From IMG/VR virus record IMGVR_UViG_3300033146_001643, positions 12,984-76,983 of that record: 64,000 bases of DNA; one strand, 5' to 3'. This stretch comes from a virus. Below the pieces are notes generated by a model that worked only from the letters and a program-made list of their open reading frames with translations, had not been told where the DNA came from and made no database searches. The translations under genes and the position numbers were made by a program. Positions 61,315-64,000 of this stretch are shown here, one piece after another. Positions within the stretch are counted from its first letter, which is position 1, and each line of letters starts with the position of its first letter.

Positions 61315-62704
61315 AAATAATCCTTTTAATAGGGACATATCCAGTAAAAAATTAAATACTGACTTAAATTTTCAATTTGAAAGGGGGTGGTCTGCTGTAT
61401 TAGCCCCAATTAAAATACTAGATAGGGTAGTATTCCAATTAGTTAATTGGGTAGGTGGTGAAGGAGAAAAACCTTTATCATTAATAACTCCATTATATTT
61501 AGGCAGTACTGGTTATGTTACTAATCCTATTAATGCTGTTAATATAGCTGATGGTTATATTAGTTCAGCATACCTAACTAAAATAATTGATAGTACTACT
61601 ATGGTATTTTCCAAAGTAGCTACTATAGGTGCAACTGGTGTGCAATATTCTTTACAGTTAGCTTATAATAATTTAGACGGTAGTTTTGATACAATTGTAG
61701 AAGAATTATTTAGTACTGATTCAACATTAACTAATTACCCTGATTTAGGTATTACACGTAGTGCTTTACAAACATTATTAGATAATTTAAAAGATTATGT
61801 TGTAGTAGATGATGTAACTATGTTAGGTAACTATATAGATAGAGCACCTTCACAACATAGTGTAATAGAGTATATAAAAAATCTACACACGTTGATTAAT
61901 ACCCCTATAATGGATTTAACTACTTCTATAATTCATACAGTTGAAGGATTAGGGGCATCATTAACAAATCCATATTATATACTAGTCGGGAATGATTTAA
62001 GAACAAGTGGTAGGCACACAACACCATGTACAGTACCTGGTGGTTGCGGTTGTGATGAAAACGAGGGATATGAAGAAATGGGTAATACAATTGGTATTAC
62101 TGGTTGCTTATGCGACCAAGGTGTACCAGAAGTTAATGCTGAGTGTTTAGTAACTATTTTAACAACTGGGGCTGCTGGCGATACTTTTATAGTAACTGTT
62201 AATGGCAAAGTATTAATGCACTATTCAATGTTACTAGGAGACACAACAACTGATATAGCAGCTGGGTTAGCCGCTAGTATTAATAGTAGTTGTGGTGGAG
62301 CTAGTGATGAATGTATTATTGTTTATACTGGCGGTAATACTATAACTATAATTGCTGCTGATGGATTAGGTAGTTTACCTAATGCTTATGTGAAATCAAT
62401 AAGTAATACAGGAACAGGTACTGGAACTATTACACAAACGATAATGGGGGTTGATTATATTCCAGCTACATATAGGGGAGTGAGTAAACATTTAATAGCC
62501 TTTGATGGCACTACTTGGAGAGATTTTGGTAATGCTATGGCTAATACTACTACAACAACAATAACTAATACAGGTATAAAATATCATTTGGAACTAATTG
62601 ATAATGTAACTGTAGCTCCATATTATCAATATATTGTACATGATTACTTTATAGTTGATGGGACGTTTACATTAGACGTTAATGCTGAATTAGTAATATT
62701 ATAA
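61295..62704 (+). CDS. Tail/fibre protein with Cys-rich insert
   Basis: GW.....I..RVV.Q...W.GG.G.KP N-terminal motif; DT..DIA.GLA.SIN module. Confidence 0.6.
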   Translation: MLTNLNKNNPFNRDISSKKLNTDLNFQFERGWSAVLAPIKILDRVVFQLVNWVGGEGEKPLSLITPLYLGSTGYVTNPINAVNIADGYISSAYLTKIIDSTTMVFSKVATIGATGVQYSLQLAYNNLDGSFDTIVEELFSTDSTLTNYPDLGITRSALQTLLDNLKDYVVVDDVTMLGNYIDRAPSQHSVIEYIKNLHTLINTPIMDLTTSIIHTVEGLGASLTNPYYILVGNDLRTSGRHTTPCTVPGGCGCDENEGYEEMGNTIGITGCLCDQGVPEVNAECLVTILTTGAAGDTFIVTVNGKVLMHYSMLLGDTTTDIAAGLAASINSSCGGASDECIIVYTGGNTITIIAADGLGSLPNAYVKSISNTGTGTGTITQTIMGVDYIPATYRGVSKHLIAFDGTTWRDFGNAMANTTTTTITNTGIKYHLELIDNVTVAPYYQYIVHDYFIVDGTFTLDVNAELVIL

Positions 62705-62723
62705 ATTTTAAATTTTAAAATAA

Positions 62724-63272
62724 ATGGCAACAATAACAATTACAGGACAAACTGGTACACCAGTAAATCCACCCGCTAATAAATATACCGCTTGGATAGA
62801 TTTAGCCACAGGTATTATTAAATATGTAGACTCTGCTGGGACTGTTAGAGAAATAGGCAATACAGCACATAATCATGATGATAGGTATTATACAGAGACA
62901 GAAATAGACGGAATGCTAACAGGTTATTCTGTTACAGGGCATACACATGACGATAGATATTTTACAGAAACAGAAACAAATGTATTGTTAACAGCTTTAG
63001 AAGATGATATTAGATTTGAGGAAGATGGTTTTGGTAATATCACAACTAAAAATGCTAATGCTATATTAGAACCACAACATTTTATGTTTGTAGACGATGT
63101 TACTGATACAAGTGGTTGGGGAGCGGCAGAAGCTGGTAGAATGAAATTTACTACTGCTGTGTTAACTCCTTCTGGGTATACTACTAATGGGTTATATGTA
63201 TGGGGAGTCAATGACGATGGTACGTATGATTGGCAAAAGGTATGGTATAACACACAAAATTTACCAACTTAA
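62724..63272 (+). CDS. Tail fibre protein with two HxHDDRY(Y/F)TETE repeats
   Basis: Repeats at 62868-62903 and 62940-62975. Confidence 0.7.
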   Translation: MATITITGQTGTPVNPPANKYTAWIDLATGIIKYVDSAGTVREIGNTAHNHDDRYYTETEIDGMLTGYSVTGHTHDDRYFTETETNVLLTALEDDIRFEEDGFGNITTKNANAILEPQHFMFVDDVTDTSGWGAAEAGRMKFTTAVLTPSGYTTNGLYVWGVNDDGTYDWQKVWYNTQNLPT

Positions 63273-63275
63273 AAA

Positions 63276-63962
63276 ATGAATTTACCAAGCATAATAGATG
63301 ATTTGCTATTAATAGTGAATCATGGCAGTATACCACAAGCTCATAAAATACGAAGAGAACAACTAGTTCAATGGGTAACTAATCAACGAGCTTTGTGGTT
63401 AAGTCGTGAGTATAACAAAGGTAGGGGTATAAAAAATAATGAGATGCAGACTTTAGATAACGTACAACTAGAAATTGTAGATGAGGCTAATATGTATGCA
63501 GCATTTAATTGTACTATACCACTACTCCGTTCAACAAAAAAATTACCAAGGTCGCTACAATTATTGTTTAGCGATACTATAGTAAGTATAAGACCGCATG
63601 GGATTGTACAAGCTAGAATAAATTATGTTTCAAGGGAACAAGCTGTAGTAAGTGGCAATGGAATATTTAATAGGAGTCATGTATATGCCTTTATATATAA
63701 TGACTACTTATATATAAAATATGGGAGTAAGGCTAATAAAGGCAACATTATAAAAAAAGTGAATGTTGAAGGTGTGTTTGAAAATCCATTAGCTGTTGAT
63801 ATATTTAATAATATAGATGATGCTATATTACTAGGTAAAGCTGAATACCCAATAAGTATGCAATTTATAGAATATATTAAAGGGCAAATATTACAAGCAG
63901 ATGTACAAGTGTTATTGCAAATGCCAAAAGATATAACTGCTAATGATGAAGCTGATGCTTAA
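63276..63962 (+). CDS. Tail tubular/ring protein
   Basis: W...QRA, Q.L..V.LE.VD, LRST.KLP, Y.FIYNDYLY, V.GVFENP, EYPI; crAss-like ring-protein pattern. Confidence 0.75.
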   Translation: MNLPSIIDDLLLIVNHGSIPQAHKIRREQLVQWVTNQRALWLSREYNKGRGIKNNEMQTLDNVQLEIVDEANMYAAFNCTIPLLRSTKKLPRSLQLLFSDTIVSIRPHGIVQARINYVSREQAVVSGNGIFNRSHVYAFIYNDYLYIKYGSKANKGNIIKKVNVEGVFENPLAVDIFNNIDDAILLGKAEYPISMQFIEYIKGQILQADVQVLLQMPKDITANDEADA

Positions 63963-64000
63963 TAGATACGCAAGCGGCGAATTAAGAAGTTACTTCTATA
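63955..64000 (+). CDS. Start of the next gene, truncated by the window
   Basis: ATG overlapping the previous stop; open frame MLNRYASGELRSYFY to the edge. Confidence 0.4.
   Translation, partial: MLNRYASGELRSYFY

Noticed and set aside
1-64000. Stop-codon reassignment (TAG=Gln or TGA=Trp), seen in some Crassvirales
   Set aside because: All hallmark genes are full length in code 11. TAG and TGA end genes at sensible places (e.g. 15626, 47801, 44615). No suppressor tRNA seen.

Overview
A 64 kb, very AT-rich segment of a crAss-like (Crassvirales-type) podovirus, probably infecting a Bacteroidota host. Host evidence: TTTG-N20-TAnnTTTG promoters and signal peptides with Gln at +1. Genes read intact in genetic code 11. 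There are three blocks. (1) 1-15.6 kb (+): giant virion-packaged proteins. These include a >3,850 aa polyprotein, open past the left edge, with a two-barrel virion RNA polymerase (DFDFD) and an HExxH zincin protease. (2) 15.7-43.4 kb (-): early/replication module with class II RNR, GroES, vWA, gp88-like, DUF932-like, primase, SSB, DnaB-like helicase, GHKL ATPase, ATP-dependent ligase, Sak4-like ATPase, PolA, GH73 hydrolase and many small genes. (3) 43.8-64 kb (+): packaging/structural module with PD-(D/E)xK nuclease, IHF-like protein, terminase, portal, MCP, ring proteins and tail fibres. I saw no tRNA, CRISPR array, intron, intein or integrase. Best leads for new biology: (a) a recurring [FY]xA[IL][TS]S linker motif at domain borders of both giant virion proteins, a candidate self-processing or pro-domain system; (b) an antisense host-type promoter overlaid by a 27-bp palindrome, firing into a ~75-nt hairpin RNA; (c) dense structured non-coding elements at 41.6-43.8 kb; (d) a circularly permuted GHKL ATPase. 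All family calls come from motif recognition by eye, not database searches.
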